Source: Vicugna vicugna
Lineage: Eukaryota
DNA length: 64,000 nucleotides
Direction: 5' to 3'
Assembly (NCBI GenBank): GCA_013265495.1
Contig: MU058198.1
Location: forward strand, 2,120,419-2,184,418
Shown here piece after piece: positions 24,001-39,000 of the stretch; the stretch's first letter is position 1; each line of letters begins with the position of its first letter. A model generated the notes under the pieces. It saw only the letters and a program-made list of their open reading frames with translations. It made no database searches and was not told where the DNA came from. The translations under genes and the position numbers were made by a program.

Positions 24001-27000
24001 TTGCATTGAATCTGAGGATTGCTTTGGGTAGTATTGACATTTTAACAATATTAAGTCATCCAACCCATGAACACGGGAGGTATTTCCATGTATCTATGTC
24101 TTCTTTAATTTCTTACAGCAATGTTTTGTAGTTTTCATTGTACAAGTCTTTCACCTCCTTGGTTAATTCTTTTTGATGCTATTGTAAATAGAACTATTTT
24201 TATCATTTCCTTTTCATATTGTTCATTATTTATGTATGGAAATGCAACTGATTTTTGTTCACTTTGTATCCTGCTACTTAGCTGAATTCATTTTTTAGCT
24301 CTAAAACTTTTTTTTTGTGGGGTCTTTAGGACTTTTCTTTGTTGGAAGATTTGTTTATTGCTGATTCAATCTCCTTACTGGTTATAGGTCTATTTAAATT
24401 TTTTCTTTGTCATTTAGTCTTGGCAGGTTTTATGTTTCTAAGAATGTGTCCATTTCATCTAAGGTATCCAACTTTTGACATACAGTTGCTCATGGTATTC
24501 ACATTTAGTCCTTTTATTTCTGTGAAATTGGTGGTGGTGTTCCAACTTTTCCTTCTGATGATAGTAATATGAATCTCTCTTCTTTTTTCTTAGTCTGTCT
24601 AGCTGAAGATTTGTCAATTTTGTTGATCTTTTTAAAGAACCAACTCTCAGTTCCATTGATTTTTCTACATTTTTCTACTCTTGATATTGTTTATACCTAT
24701 TCTAATCTTTATTATTTTGTTCCTTCTGCTAGCTTTGAGTTTAGTTTGTGCTGCCTTTTCTTGTTTCTTAAGTTGTAAAGTTGGATTGAAGATTTAAGAT
24801 CTTTCTTCTTTTTTAATATAAATATTTGTAGCTGTAAATTTCCCCCTTAGTATTGCTTTCTCTGTGTTTTAATTTTCATTTATCTCTAAGTATTTTCTAA
24901 CTTCCCTGTTGACTTTCTCTTTGATCTATTAATTGTATATAAGTGTATTATTTAATTTCCACAATTTTGTGACTTTTCCAGTTTTACTTTTGCTACTGAT
25001 TTTTAACTTCATCTTTCTGTGGTCAGAAAAGATACACTGCATTCTATCTATTCTTTTAAATCTATTGAGACTTACTTTGTGGCCTAACATATGGTCTGTC
25101 CTGGAAAAGGTCATAGTGCACTTGAGAAGAATGTGTAAGCTTTTGTTGTTGGGTAGAATGTTCTGTCTTTTAGTTCTCATTGGTTTATTGAGTTGTTAAC
25201 ATTCTTTATTTCCTTACTTATCTTCTGTCTGGTTGTTCTATTAATCACTGTGAGTAGGGTATTGAAGTCTCCAACTATTACTGTAGAACCAACTATTTCT
25301 CCTTTATATTCTGTCAATTTTTGCTTCGTATGTTTTAATGGTTTGTAATTAGACGTTTAAATGTTTATAATTGATACATCTTTCGCTATACTGAAAATTT
25401 ATTAATATATAATATCCTTCTTTTGCCTCTTGGAATCTTTTTCAATTTGAAATCTATTTTGCCTGATATTAGTATAGCCAACCTTGCTCTCTTTTGGTCA
25501 TTATTTGCATGGAATATCTTTTTGTATCCTTTCACTTTCAACCTTTTTGTGTCCTTAGTTCTCTAATGAGTCTCTTGTAGACAGCATTTAGTTGAAGATA
25601 ATGTGTTATTGTCCATCACTTCCTAAATTTATAACACTCTAGTTTGAATTTATACCAGTTTAACTCAAATAACATACAAAAACAGTTCCTTTATAGCTCT
25701 GGCCCACCTCTTTATGTTGTTGATATCACAAAATTACATCTTTACATACTATGCGTCCAAAATCATAAACTAATCATTCCTTTAAGTTCATTAGTGTCCT
25801 AAATTATGTAGAGAACAAAATTTGGAGTTACAAACCAAAGTTACAGTAATACTGGCTTTCACACTGTTCTTTTTTCCTTTAAGTGAATTAGTCTCTTAAA
25901 TCATGTAGAAAACAAAAAGTAAATGTACAAGCCATTGTTACAATAATTCTAACTTTTATAACTGTCCGTAATTTACCTTTCTTGAAATCTTTATTTCTCC
26001 ATAAGACTTTGATTTACTCTCTACTGTCTTTTTATTCACCTTTCAAGACTCCCTTGAGCATTTCCTGCAAGGCAATTCTAGGGGTCATGAACTCCCTCAG
26101 TTTTTACCTTGGAATGCAGTAATTTTTCCCTCACTTTAAATGACAGTTTTGCTAGACAAAGGATTCTGGGGTTGACATCTTTTTCTTTTAGCATTTTGAA
26201 TGTCTTCTGGCCCTCAAAGTTTCTGATGAGAAATCTCAGAATCTTACTGAGGATCCCTTGCACGTGATAATTCACTTTTCTCTTGCTTTTAAGTCTTTGA
26301 TGAAAGAGATTGAAAAAGACACAAACTAATGGAATGATATCCTGTGTTCACAGATTTGAAGAATTAAAATTGTTAAAATGCCCACATTACCCAAAGCCAT
26401 CTATAAATTCAATGCAATCCCTATCAAATCCAAGTGGCATTGTTCACAAAAATGGAAAAAACAATTCTAAACTCTTTGTGGAGCCACAAAAGTCCTGAAT
26501 AGCCAAAGTACTCATGAAAAAGAAGAACAAAACCAAAGGCATCACATTTCCTAATTTCAAACCATATTACAAAGGTACAGTAATCAAAACAGTAAAGTAC
26601 TGGCATAAAAACAGACACATAGACCAATGAAACAAAGTAGACAGCTCGAGAAATAAACCCACACATTTATAGTAAACTGGTATTTAATAAGAGTGCCAAG
26701 AACACACAACAAAGGATAGTGTCTTCAATAAATGGTGTTAGGAAAAGTTGATATTTTCATGCAAAGGAAAAAATTACAGCCTTATTTTAAACTATACAGA
26801 AAAAAATTAATTCAAAGTAGATAAAAGACTTAAATACAAGACCTGAAACTGTAAAATTCCTAGAAGAAAACAATGGGGAAAACTCACTGACATTGGTTTT
26901 GGCAACGATTCTTGGATATGATACCAAAAGCACAGGCAACAAAAGCAAAACTAGACTAATAGGACTGCATCAAACTAAAAAGCTCCTTAACAGCAATGAG

Positions 27001-30000
27001 AAGCAATCAACTAAATGAAATTAATATAGCTATTATGAGGAGTAAGACAGTCTACCAGGGTAGTCTACCAAAACAACAGAAATAAAAGCAAAAATAATCC
27101 AAATGGGCCTTAATTAAACTTATAAGCTTTTGCAAAGCAAAGGAAACCATAAGCAAAATAAAAAGACAACCTACAGAATGGGAGAAAATGTTTGCAAATG
27201 ATGCAACTGACAAAGGTTTAATTTACAGAATATATAAATAGCTCATACAACTTAATAACAAAAAACCAAACAACCCAATCCAAAAAAGGACAGAAGACCT
27301 AAACAAGCAATTCTCCAGTGAAGACATACAAATGGCCAATAGGCACATAAAAAAAAATCCTCCATATAACTAATTATCAGAGAAATGCAAATCAAAACTA
27401 CAATGAGGTATCACCTTCTCACCAGTCAGAATGGAAGGCCATCATTTAAAAATCCACAAATGATAAATGCTGGAGAGAGTGCGGAGAAAAGGGAACCCTC
27501 TTACACTGTGGGTGGGAATGTAAATTGGTGCAGCCACTATGGAAAACAGTATGGAGATTCCTTAAAAAAGTGAAAATAGACTTACCCTATGATCCAGCAG
27601 CCCCACTGCTGGGCATATTTCCAGAGGAAACTCTAATTCAAAGAAATATATACACCCCAACGTTCACAGCAGCACTATTTACAATAGCCAACACATGGGA
27701 ACAACCTAAATGCCCATCCACAGATGACTGGATAAAGAAGTTTTGGTATATTTATACAATGGAATACTACTGAGCCATAAAAAATAATAAATAATGCCAT
27801 TTGCAGCAACATGGATGGACCTGGAGATTGTCATTCTAAGTGAAGTAAGCCAGAAAGAGAAAGAAAAATACCACATGATATCACTTATATGTGGCATCTA
27901 AAAAAAGAAAAAAGAAGACACAAATGAATTTAATTATAAAACAGAAACAGACTCACAGACATAGAAAACAGATTTATGGTTACTAGGGGCAAAGGGATTG
28001 GAAGGGATAAATTGGAAGTTCGAGATTTGCAAATATTAATTAACATATATAAAATAGATAAGCAACAAGTTTCTTCTGTATAGCATAGGGAACTATATTC
28101 AGTTATCTTGTAGTAATCTATAAAGAAAAAATATAAAAATGAATATATGTATGTATATCTATAACTGCAGCATTATGCTGTACACCAGAAATTGACATAC
28201 TGTAAACTGACTATACTTCGATTTTTTAAAATCTGAAAAAAACATGTTTTATACCTTAAACATTTAAATGTTTTATTTATCAGTCATACTTAAATAAATA
28301 AAACTGGAAAATAAAAAGAAGATAAATGGCAAGATGTCAGATATAAACCCAAATGTACCAGTAACTATACTGCATGAAAATGGACTAAAAAACTCATTTT
28401 TCCACTTGTAAGAGAGTATGTGTGCATTTGTGCCTGTTTATACTTATGTGTAGAAAAATATCTCCTCAAAGTTATCTCTAGGTATTAGGAATACTTTTCT
28501 TTTTAATTATTTATCTTCTAATATCTTCCTAATGGAAATATATTATCAATAAATAAAATATGAAGAAGAAAAACTTAAGAAAGATATTAAATGATTATAT
28601 TTTAAGCACAATAGTCCTCTAACCTTTTAGTATCAAACAAAAGACATGCTTCAGGGATATTGTAAGCAGGTTTTTAATAGTACTTAATACACGGTTTTTA
28701 AAGGGTAGACATTATTGCTCTTCTTGTAAATGTCATAGTTCAGAATTTATTACATTGAATTCCATAAAAATGCTAACAGGAAGGCATTAAAAAGATTTTG
28801 ATAGTTCTGTGGCTTAGAAAAGTTACACTTTTTGCATCACATATTTTCTATCAAATGTTTTACCACTTTGACTAGTGCAGTTCATCTTTCCTACCTTCTA
28901 ATATACTGTAATATATTTTTCTTCTATTATTCTACTTAGGATTTTCTCCTTAGATTATAATTGTAGATTATAATTTTCTCCTTAGATTATAATATACATA
29001 ATATTATAATTACATATATCCTTCTTAAGTATCCACACCAAAAGACCCAACTTCAGGCACAGGCACTAGTGGGAAATGTGAGGACTTAAAAATCTTACTA
29101 TCCAATGTCCCTATCATTTCATAACATAAAGAACATTTAACCCCCAAAGGAAAGTTATTATCTTTGATTAAAGGTAAGTCTTTTCATTTGAATGAGTTCA
29201 GTTTAGTGGAATATACAATATATTATAACCATTTTTCTCATTTTACTTCAGAATGGTAGGAACTTAGCCATAGATTGGCAGTTCCTCTGACTGGGTTATT
29301 GAGAGCCATGTTCTCATGCTGCCTCCATACAATACACCTGACAATCAGTGGGAAAGATCAAGGAGCCTTCCAAATTGGGAAGCTTGTTTGACATTTCCAA
29401 AATAAAATTAATTGAGGCTATAGACAAAATAAAATGTTTTGTGCTTATTTTTGTGTACATGTGTGTATGTAGGGTCAATAAGCTGGCAGATTCACAAATG
29501 GATATTCGGCCTACCACTCTTCTGAAGAGCAAAAAAAGAAGACAAGACATGAAGGAGAATATAAGTGTGCCCAGAAGTTACGAGAGACCAGTTTTTTCCA
29601 GATTGAATGAAATTGCTAACATTAAATTTAATAGTGGGGTGAGCATGTTCCCTAAGAATGTAAACCTAGTATGTCTGGCTTGGGTATAAGATGTACACAT
29701 TCTTAACTATCTGAACTTAAAAGATGTTTGGAGTTTGTCCCTAGAAGAGCCAGGCAGATATGGAACAGTCTGTACTACAACCTCATTAATTCCCTGATGC
29801 AGGGGAATAGGTTCTACATAAAGATCACAGCTATGCTACTCTCATCTTTGTTATTTCTCAGAATCACTTTGAAAAGTTCTCCTTTATTTTCTAATAAATT
29901 TTCCCTTTGTTCATTTCTAAGACCCTAGAGTTAGAATTGTTAGAAGACTGGGAGCATTTTATCATTATGAACCATAGTTAGTATACTAAAATCTAGCCAA

Positions 30001-33000
30001 AGATAATAGTTATATACAAGTTTTATGGGGTTATTTCCCTTAAAATGGAGAAATGGAAATATTAAAGTTTAATACTAAATTATTAACATAGTCAACTGAA
30101 AAAAATGCACAATCTAAAAGTTGAGAGGTATGTTTTATTTGGCGGACTTTCTGAGAACTCCAGCTTGGTAGGTAGCCACTCAGATTGCTCCAAAGAGATA
30201 AGGGATGAGCCAGGATATATAGCAATTTTTGCAGCAAAGACCAGGTAGTTGGAACATCAAAAAATTACTGTTACTGAAAAGTAGGTATCTCAGGGAGGAG
30301 GGTATAGCTCAAGTGGTAGAGCACATGCTTAGCATGCACGAGGTCCTCGGTTCCATCCCCAGTACCTCCTCTAAAAATAAAGAAACAAATAAAGCTAATT
30401 ACCCCTCCTCCCTCCAAAAAATAAGAAAAGAAAACTAGATATCTCAAGTTAATGAACTTAGCTCTTTTTATGTATGGGATGGTACAAAAGTCTGGGCTCA
30501 TTGAAATCATTTGTTTGATATGCACTTTAGCTACCTAGGGCTAGTGTCCTGTTCTTTCCCATCCTATAAGTAGGTTCTTTCAGGGTGCACCACTGTGGGT
30601 GACTGCAGAGGCAGGGCCCCCTGCTTGTCTCCACCCTGAGTTCCCTCCAGTCACTGGCGGCCGAGGAGGTGGTAGTGGCTGATGACTTGGTGGCTGTAGC
30701 ATTCCTTTGTTTACTGATATGGCAGGCAATATTTTTCTTTCACAATATTAACTCAATAATTAAATTTATTTCTTTTGAAATAAATGTAATTTTATTTCTA
30801 ATCAGAAATACTGCAAGTATATTAATGAATAAAATTACCTCAATAATACTTTAAATGTAGTTAGGTAAGAAACCAAATCTTAATCTTTTCTCTTGATGTC
30901 TTACACAAGTTAAATTTTTAACACTGTCTTGTTTTCTTGGGTTAAATTCAAGGACATATATGTATAAGATGTGTATATCTTCTGCTATAAAAAGTTGAAG
31001 CATTGGATTTCAATATGAATATCCTCCATCACCAACAACTCTAATGCTATGTTCCTCTCCTTATTTTAGTTTCCACTTTACCGCCAGCAATTTCATTCCA
31101 TGTTTGTAAAGAGAGCACTATTTAGTTGGCGCAACTGGAAGTTGTCATTGTCACAGACAGCAGTAATTTTGTTAGTCACTACTTACCTCCTCACAACTCT
31201 AAACTTAAATTATGAGCCACCCGCCAGAGAAATGGACTTGAGTCAATATGGTCGAACAATTGTGCCTTACTCAATTTCTGGGAATTCTGATGTGGCTCTG
31301 AAAATCATAAAGAACCTTAAGATTTTTCTCAAGCTTAAGAATCAAGAACTTCGGGAAGTACAAGGTAAGACCCATAGGAAAAAAGAGACTGCTGCTAATA
31401 TGAAGATCTATGTGTATCACTTGCAAAGAAGGAACTTAGCTATGCTATTTAGCTGCCCGTTTCTTTCTTTTCCTACTAATTTCCAGTATCTTAGAGGCAG
31501 TTAAATCAGAGGCCAAAAATGTACACTTCAAGACACCTGGCCACAAAAGTTAATAATTAATGGAAGCATTTTGGCTGTAGGTGATCTTTCAGCTAATTGC
31601 ATCACCTTTCAGAGGACAGGCAGAGAGCCAAAATACTATATTGTTGTAAAATTTAGCATAGATTTTTATTCTGACCAGAATACAAAAATGTTTTTCTAAG
31701 CTCTCACAGGATAGAAGGTTGTTTCCAAGATCTGAAGGTTGCCCTTCAGTCTACTGCATTGGCCATTCTGAAAACAGGTGGCTGAAGACCTAATAGAGTG
31801 ACTCCTCACAACTACTTTTTTGAAGGTAGTATAAGTAGCTGTACTCATTTGTTCAATGTTTACCTTTGGTAAAAACCATACTAAAAACTTTCTCTGCATT
31901 ACCTTTCTTCATGCTAAAAACAACCCTTCTGTGTAGCTTATTTTTAATCTATTGCTATGTAACAAATTATGCCAAAACCTAACGGATGGAGATTTTGAAT
32001 TCTTGGTATGGTAGAATGAACTCATTGCCCCCAAAATGCAACAGAAATACTTGGAAAACAATTTTTTAATCAACCAATATAGAATAATAGAAATTAAGCA
32101 AAAGCACAGAACGAACTAAAAGTGTCTGTTAAAAAAAAAACCCTTCTGAAGTACTTCTATTAAAAAATAAGGTCTATGGCATTTTGATTTAGAATTACTC
32201 CTGTCACTCACCCTCCCCTCAGTGGTATGGTATCCATGAAAGCCAGGAGCCTCACAGTTGATGGAAAGAACTAATCTCTTCAGAGCTCTGTTAAAAGCTC
32301 TTCCCTAGGGCATTGCCAATACTTAGACTGAAATAGCAGCTCCCTGAAAAACTCCATCCCCAGGGCATTGTTGCTATTGGATTTAAATCAGGGCTCAACT
32401 CTTTGGAAAAAGCCCTGACCCCAGGGGATTATTAAAAATAGCAGCTATCTGCTGGTAACATCTCCATAGTTGGCTAAGGCTGTGATTTCAGTTGGGCCAA
32501 ATGAGAGCTTAGCCAAAAAGTCATTTTAAAGGACTACCAGGAGAGCTGGATAACCACCGTGAACTTTGAAAAGTTCTGACATTCCTACAGATCTAGAAAG
32601 CTCAAAATGGTGGTGTGCATGGCCAGAAATGACCTAGGAAAGGAGAAGGCACCGGTCACTGACTTCTAGTTGATGTTGAGGCCCTATACAAGCAAGATAT
32701 GAAAGTTGAGGCTTACTTGTAAACTGTCTGAAACTTGAAGCTGTTCCCTCATGCACAGATCCCCATGGCAAAGCATAGAAGACTTACTGACTCTAGACAT
32801 TTAAAGAAATCTTTTAGCTGAGTACTAAATTATACTGATTCAGGACAGACTCCCCAGGAGTCAGGCTTAAAAATAAAAATGTCAGGGTGTTTTTAAGTCC
32901 ATCAGAGAAATATGTGGCTGCACACTGTAGAAAATACAGAATCTACACAATTAGTCCAGTAAGTCATTAACAAAATGAGCAGCAACAATAAAAAAAAAAC

Positions 33001-36000
33001 AGTAAAAACCAACAAAGGGTACGGAGAGGAGTTCAGATACCAGAGTTGTTACACTATCTTGCATGTCCATTTTCAACAACAGAAAGAGAAGAGAAAAAAA
33101 AGAAAGAGAAGAGAAAGAGTTAGGGCTTAACTGTGTACCTCCAAAATTAATATGCTGAAGTACAAGGCCACAGTTTCTTAGAATGTGACTGTATTTGGAT
33201 ATTAGACCTTTAAAGAAGTAATTAACTTAAAATGAGATAATTAGAGTGGATCTTCATCCAACATGATTGGCGTCCTCGTAACAGGATGAAAGTAGTACAC
33301 ATATGTATACACATAGGAAGACCATTTGATGACACAGGAGCAAGCAAGCCGTTTATCAGCCCAGGAGAGAGGCTTCAGAAGAAACCAACCCTGCCAAAAC
33401 CTTGATCTTGGACTTCTAGCCTCCAGAAATGTGAGAAAATAAATTTCTGGTGTTTAAGTCACCCAGCCTGTGGTACTTTGTTTTGACAGTCCCAGAAAAC
33501 TAATAAAGAAAGAAACAGAAGAGTATGACCCATAGTCAGGGAGAAAGAAAGCCAGTAGAACTGTACTTGGAGGAGGCCAGATGTTGAACTTACTTAGTAG
33601 ACAAAGACTATAAATCAGCTGTTACAAATATTTTCAAAGTATTAAAGGAAATATGTTTAAAGAATAAAGGAAAGTATGACAACTTCATCTCTCCAAGAAG
33701 AGAAATTAATAAATATAAATTAAAATATGAAATGGAAATTCTGTGGTTGAAAAGTATGACTGAAATTAAAATTTCACCAGACAGGCTCAGTGATGGATCT
33801 GAATTGGCAGAATAATGGATTAACTAACTTGAAGGTAGGTCAATAGAGATTATCCAGTTGGTGAAACAAAAAGAAGAAAAGTGGGGGGAAAAAACAATTT
33901 CTGAGGTATGTGGAACAACAACAACATCAAGCATACCAACATATGCATAAAAGGAGTACCAGAAAGTAAACAGAGTGATAAAGGGGCAGAAAAAATATTT
34001 GAAGAAATAATGCCAGAAAAATTCCCAAAATTTATGGAAAACATTCATCTTCACCTCCAAGAAGCTCAATGAATTCTAAGTATGATACACTCAAAAATAT
34101 TCACACCTAGACAACAATATAAGTGAGCTGTTGAAAGTCAAGTAAAAAGAGAAAATCTTGAAAGCAGAAGTGGAAAATGACTTCTTACATCAGGGATTTT
34201 CAATAATATTAACAGCTGACTTGTCAGAAGGAGGCTTGTCAGAACAGTGGAATGGCATTGGTGCTAAAAGAAAAAAATGGGCAACCAAAAATACATATCC
34301 TTCCAATTTCACCTTCAAAAATGAAAAAGAAATAAGAACATTCCCAGATAAATAAAAACAGACAATTCATCACCAGTAGACATTCCCTTTAAGAAATAAC
34401 TGAAAATATTTCTTCAGACTGAAATAAAAAGACACTAGACTAACTCTGATCTATACAAAGAAATAAGAACACAAAGATAAATATATATGTAAATATAAAA
34501 AACAGTATAAATATACACTGTAACTTTTCTTATATCTGATTTAAAAGACAATGCATAAAATAATTACAAAACTGTGTTAATGGGTGTAAAATGCTTACAG
34601 GTGTAATGTATTCTATGATAACAGCACAGAGGAGGGAGGAGGGAAGGGAGCTATGTTGGAGCAACACTTCTATACACTATTGGAAGTAAGCTGGTATTCA
34701 TCTAAACTGGATTGTTTTAAGTTAGGATTCATATTGTAATTCCCCAGAGCAATCACTGAGAAAATAACTTTTAAAAATAGTAAAACAGCAACAACAAAGG
34801 AATTTAACTGGTCGACTATAAAATATATATATATATTTAACACAAAAAGGCAGCAGTAGGGAAACAGGAACAAAAAGATAAGACATAACAGAAAACAAAA
34901 AGCAAAACGTCAGCTATAAATTGTAGCATATCAGTAATTACATTAAGTATGAATGGAGGTGAGTGGGAAATAGCTCAGTGGTAGAGCACGTGCCTAGCAC
35001 ACTGAGGTCCTAGGTTCAATCCTCCGTTAATTCCATTAAAAAAATAATAAATTAATAAATAAATCTTAAAAAGAAAAGTAAGAATGGAGTAAACAATCAA
35101 ATCAAAAGGCAAAGGTTTTTCAGATAAGAATTTTTAAAACCTAACTTAGATGAAATGGTTCCTAACCCAGAAGAAGGGCAGGAAGGGAGGGAGGGGACGC
35201 AGATTACCAAAACTTCAAAAGCATCAAAAAGAATAAAATACCTAGTAATAAATTTAAGAAAAGAAGCACAAGACTTATACACTGAAAATTTAAAATATTA
35301 CTCAGGAAAATTAAAGTTCTAGATACATAAAGAGATACTCTGTGTCACAGACTGGAATAATGAATATTATTAGAGTAGCAAATTTTCCCAAACTGATCTA
35401 TAGATTCAATGCAATCTATCAAAATTCCAGCAGACTTTTTTTGCAGAAATGGACAAGGCCGTCATACAATGTTCACGGAAATGCAAATGACCTAGAAGAA
35501 CCAAGACAATTTTGAAAAAATAAAAGTATGTTTTAGACAAGAATAGAGCAAGAAACGCATAGTAATTTACTGTTTTTTCAAGTTTCAAGTAGACTGTATG
35601 ATGAGAGTATTGTAGACATTATTGATGGAGTAGAATTATCCAGGAGAAATTAAGCTTTGAGATAGCCATTATAGGAATTGGAAAGAGAAGAGATGACAGG
35701 AAGAGATATTTTCGTCTTTTCTCTCCAACATAAATAGTAGGTGATTTACTACATGTTGACTCAGTGGCCAATCTCTTTATTCCAGGTAATGTAATGAATT
35801 ACATATTGGAAAATAAAGAGTGCCGTGACTTCTCCATTATCGCATTTTCCATTGAAGTTGAGAAAAACAAAACAGTATTTACTCTTTTGTTCAATAATGA
35901 GGCATACCATTCAGCTGCAACATCTCTGGCGGTGTTGGACAACAGTCTTTTTATGTCACTTTCTGGCCCCAGTGCTTCCATTAAAGTCTCCAACAAGCCT

Positions 36001-39000
36001 CAACCTCTCCCGCTTTATCGTCCTAACACAGCGTATGTATGATTTTGTTTTTACTGGAATTGAGCCTTAGTATATACCTCTGTGATCTGGCCATATTCAT
36101 TTGAAAATAGCTACTGACATAAGCATTTTCTACGTTTATTTCATTATTTATCTTTTATTTCATCTTCTGTAGGCCTACAAGTGGATTACAAATAGTATTA
36201 TGTTTGGCTTTTGGCATGGCTGTTGTGGCCGGTAGCTTTTGCCTTCAGACAGTGACTGAGAGAACCACTAAGGCAAAGCACATCCAGTTTGTGAGTGGAG
36301 TCTATTTACTTACTTACTGGCTCTCTGCTTTGCTGTGGGATCTCATCTACTTCTTTGTTACCTGCTGCTTACTACTGGTGAGTGTTAGCTGAAACTGCAT
36401 GAAGGCTCATTCTCCTGTGTCACCCACAGGAAATTCCTATTCAACCAACTCTGTCCTAAAATAAAGCTTATTATGCGAGAAAATATATTGTGAAAACCTC
36501 ATTATGGAAATGTATTCCTTCGTGTTCTTTCTTTTGGAGAAAATATTTTACTTTGAAGAGTCTCTCTTGAATTGGTTCCCCGTGTAATTGCTCAGCATTA
36601 TGCCCAGGCCCAAAACCTACTCTAAAGGAACAAGGGCCATTACTTGTTACTGGGCCCTCACTAACCATATAGATAAGCCACTGCCACTAATTTCCAATGC
36701 TGAGCTCTCCGGTAAAACTGGACTGTAGCACGCAATTTAGGATCAAGACTTGAGCGATGCTTCCTGTTACTATTCTCTGCCCCGAATTCACACCCCAAAT
36801 CCAAGATGGCTAGGTCTGCAAAGCAGAAGTAACCTGGACTCAGGCACCCAACTTCAAATATTGAGGAAATGGAATAAAGAGCAAGCATGTAAGGGTGCTA
36901 TAGCGTCTTTTAATGTAATGATCTGGCCCTTAGTGAACTTGGGAGCTTCTTTTATTTTGTGTGATACTGGAGGGTTAGGCAGGTGTGAAACTGTATAGTT
37001 ACTAAAGGGGGAAACACATGAGCAAAGGAGGTAAGGTTTCTTTGTGTACAGGAGGTACCGGGGGCTTACATATGAATAGGACAATGTCTCGGGCCTCAGA
37101 TAGTTCACTGTTTAGCAATGGACACAGAAACGAAAACAGATCCTTATAAAATAGGTGCTAATTTCTACTATGAAGAATGAACTACCAGTTCCCAATTCAA
37201 ACCATACCATGGAATGGTAAAATTAGTTGTTAAAGGAAAAAGGAGAAACTTTTGGCAGTTTGGCTTCTACAGGCATAGGAAGACTGGTGATTATTGTACA
37301 GGAGCCTAGGATTGGTTCTGAAGGAAAGGCTGGATCCCACCAGCTACAAGAACTGCTCAGCAGGGACCAGAGGCTGGATCAGTTGGGGCAGGCATGGTGG
37401 TGGTGGGCATACTCGTTGTATACAGACGCCCCAACGTCAAGAGAACGAGCAGCTCTTCCTTCACCTTGCCACAGTGCATGACTCTGGCTGGTGTTCTCAG
37501 TACCCGTCCCTTCTGCTCCCAGCTCACCAACCAACCAGCATAACAAGGGAAGAACTCCATCCTTTGTGAGGGCCACAATTCTCATCTTTTGCCACAGAAA
37601 CTGGGAGCAATGATCTACGCATGATCTCTTTACTATCTGCCCTCTATGTAATGCAGTATTGGAATCACTCAGAAAACCCCTGAATCTTTTCATCTCCATG
37701 CCAAGAATCCATTCTTTCTCTGCTTCTTTAAACTTGGCTGGCACACCCAACTATCATTCCCAATTAATAGAATTATAAATAAGACCACCCAATGTTAATA
37801 CTTATACCAGTATTGCCATTATGGCTCATGAGAAGAGTGACTTGTCATGTGTTTTCTTACGTTATGTCATTCCAAAACACAACTATATGAAGTGACTTTA
37901 ATTCATCATATTTACAGGCAAGAAAATTAAGACTCATAGATAAGTTACCTACCCAACTTCACCCAGCTGCTACGATTTCAGAACCCTGACTGGGGTTTCT
38001 CCAAAGCGCATTGTCACTTACACACTCAAAGTCATCCAGGATAAGATACTTTAAACTTATTACTGCTCTCATATTTGCAGTTCCTTCTATCTTAGCATCT
38101 AACTCTACTTTGTTACCTGTTTCTGTATCATTTTGGCTTGGTACCTCTCTATCTCTGTCTCTCTCATCCACCCAAAATTCCCTGTCATAGTTCTCAGATT
38201 GGAGTTCTCCATGGGTTCTTAGCTTTGTTTATCTGACTTCGCTGTCCGCTTGCTGTTTTAAATGAGACACTCCCCCATCCTGCTCTGGTTCTGTGAAATA
38301 CCACGACTGGACTTGTTCTTGGACACAAGAGGAGGCAAGTTTCTATCACTTAACAATATTAAGTATATATTGTATTCTTTACTCTATTCCATTGATGTGT
38401 CTGTAATGTGCCACTCCCAATCTGTTTTCATTATGGTAGTTTTATAATATATTTAATTATTTTTTATGGATTGACCTTCCTCACCTCTTCCATTAATCTT
38501 CTTCTACAGAATTTCCTGGCTATCTTGACATGTTTTCTTTGTTGACATGTAATCTTTAGAATCAGCTTATCTAATTTCAAAAAAAACTACTGTTGCTATT
38601 TTTATTTACAGTTATTTGGGGAGAATTTACATTTTGATCATGTTGAGTCAGACCCTTCCTAAATATAAGGTATATATGTCTTCATCTATCCAAGTAGAAA
38701 TTTAAATTTTATTTGAAATAGATTCTAATTTAAGACAATCCTAAGCATTATAAGATTTGGAACAAAGCTGCTCCTAGGTTACCTGCAGTTTCTTCTGACA
38801 TTATTTATTCTTTTTATTTCCTACTCTTAGTTGGAATGGGGGCGAATCAACTATAATTACAGCTGGTGAATTCTTTCACTTAAGATTGCTGATTCTCTTC
38901 ATATGCCTGCCTTAAACACTACCTCTTCCAGGAGTATCACAGGGTTGTAATGGGACTATTCTTAGTTACCTCTTCCTTTCATTTATTTAATGGCCCTGCT

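Larger units (their letters stand above)
31990..35530 (+). mobile_element. Old LINE-1: 5' region, ORF1, ORF2 start and an ORF2 fragment; hosts a MaLR LTR and a SINE
   Basis: ORF1 motifs (ggagtaccagaa; [20 protein letters not shown]); endonuclease start tcagtaattacattaa. Confidence 0.8.

Noticed and set aside
30293..30370. tRNA-Ala-like gene (also 34959-35035)
   Set aside because: A-rich tails, TSDs and degenerate stems indicate SINEs, not tRNA genes
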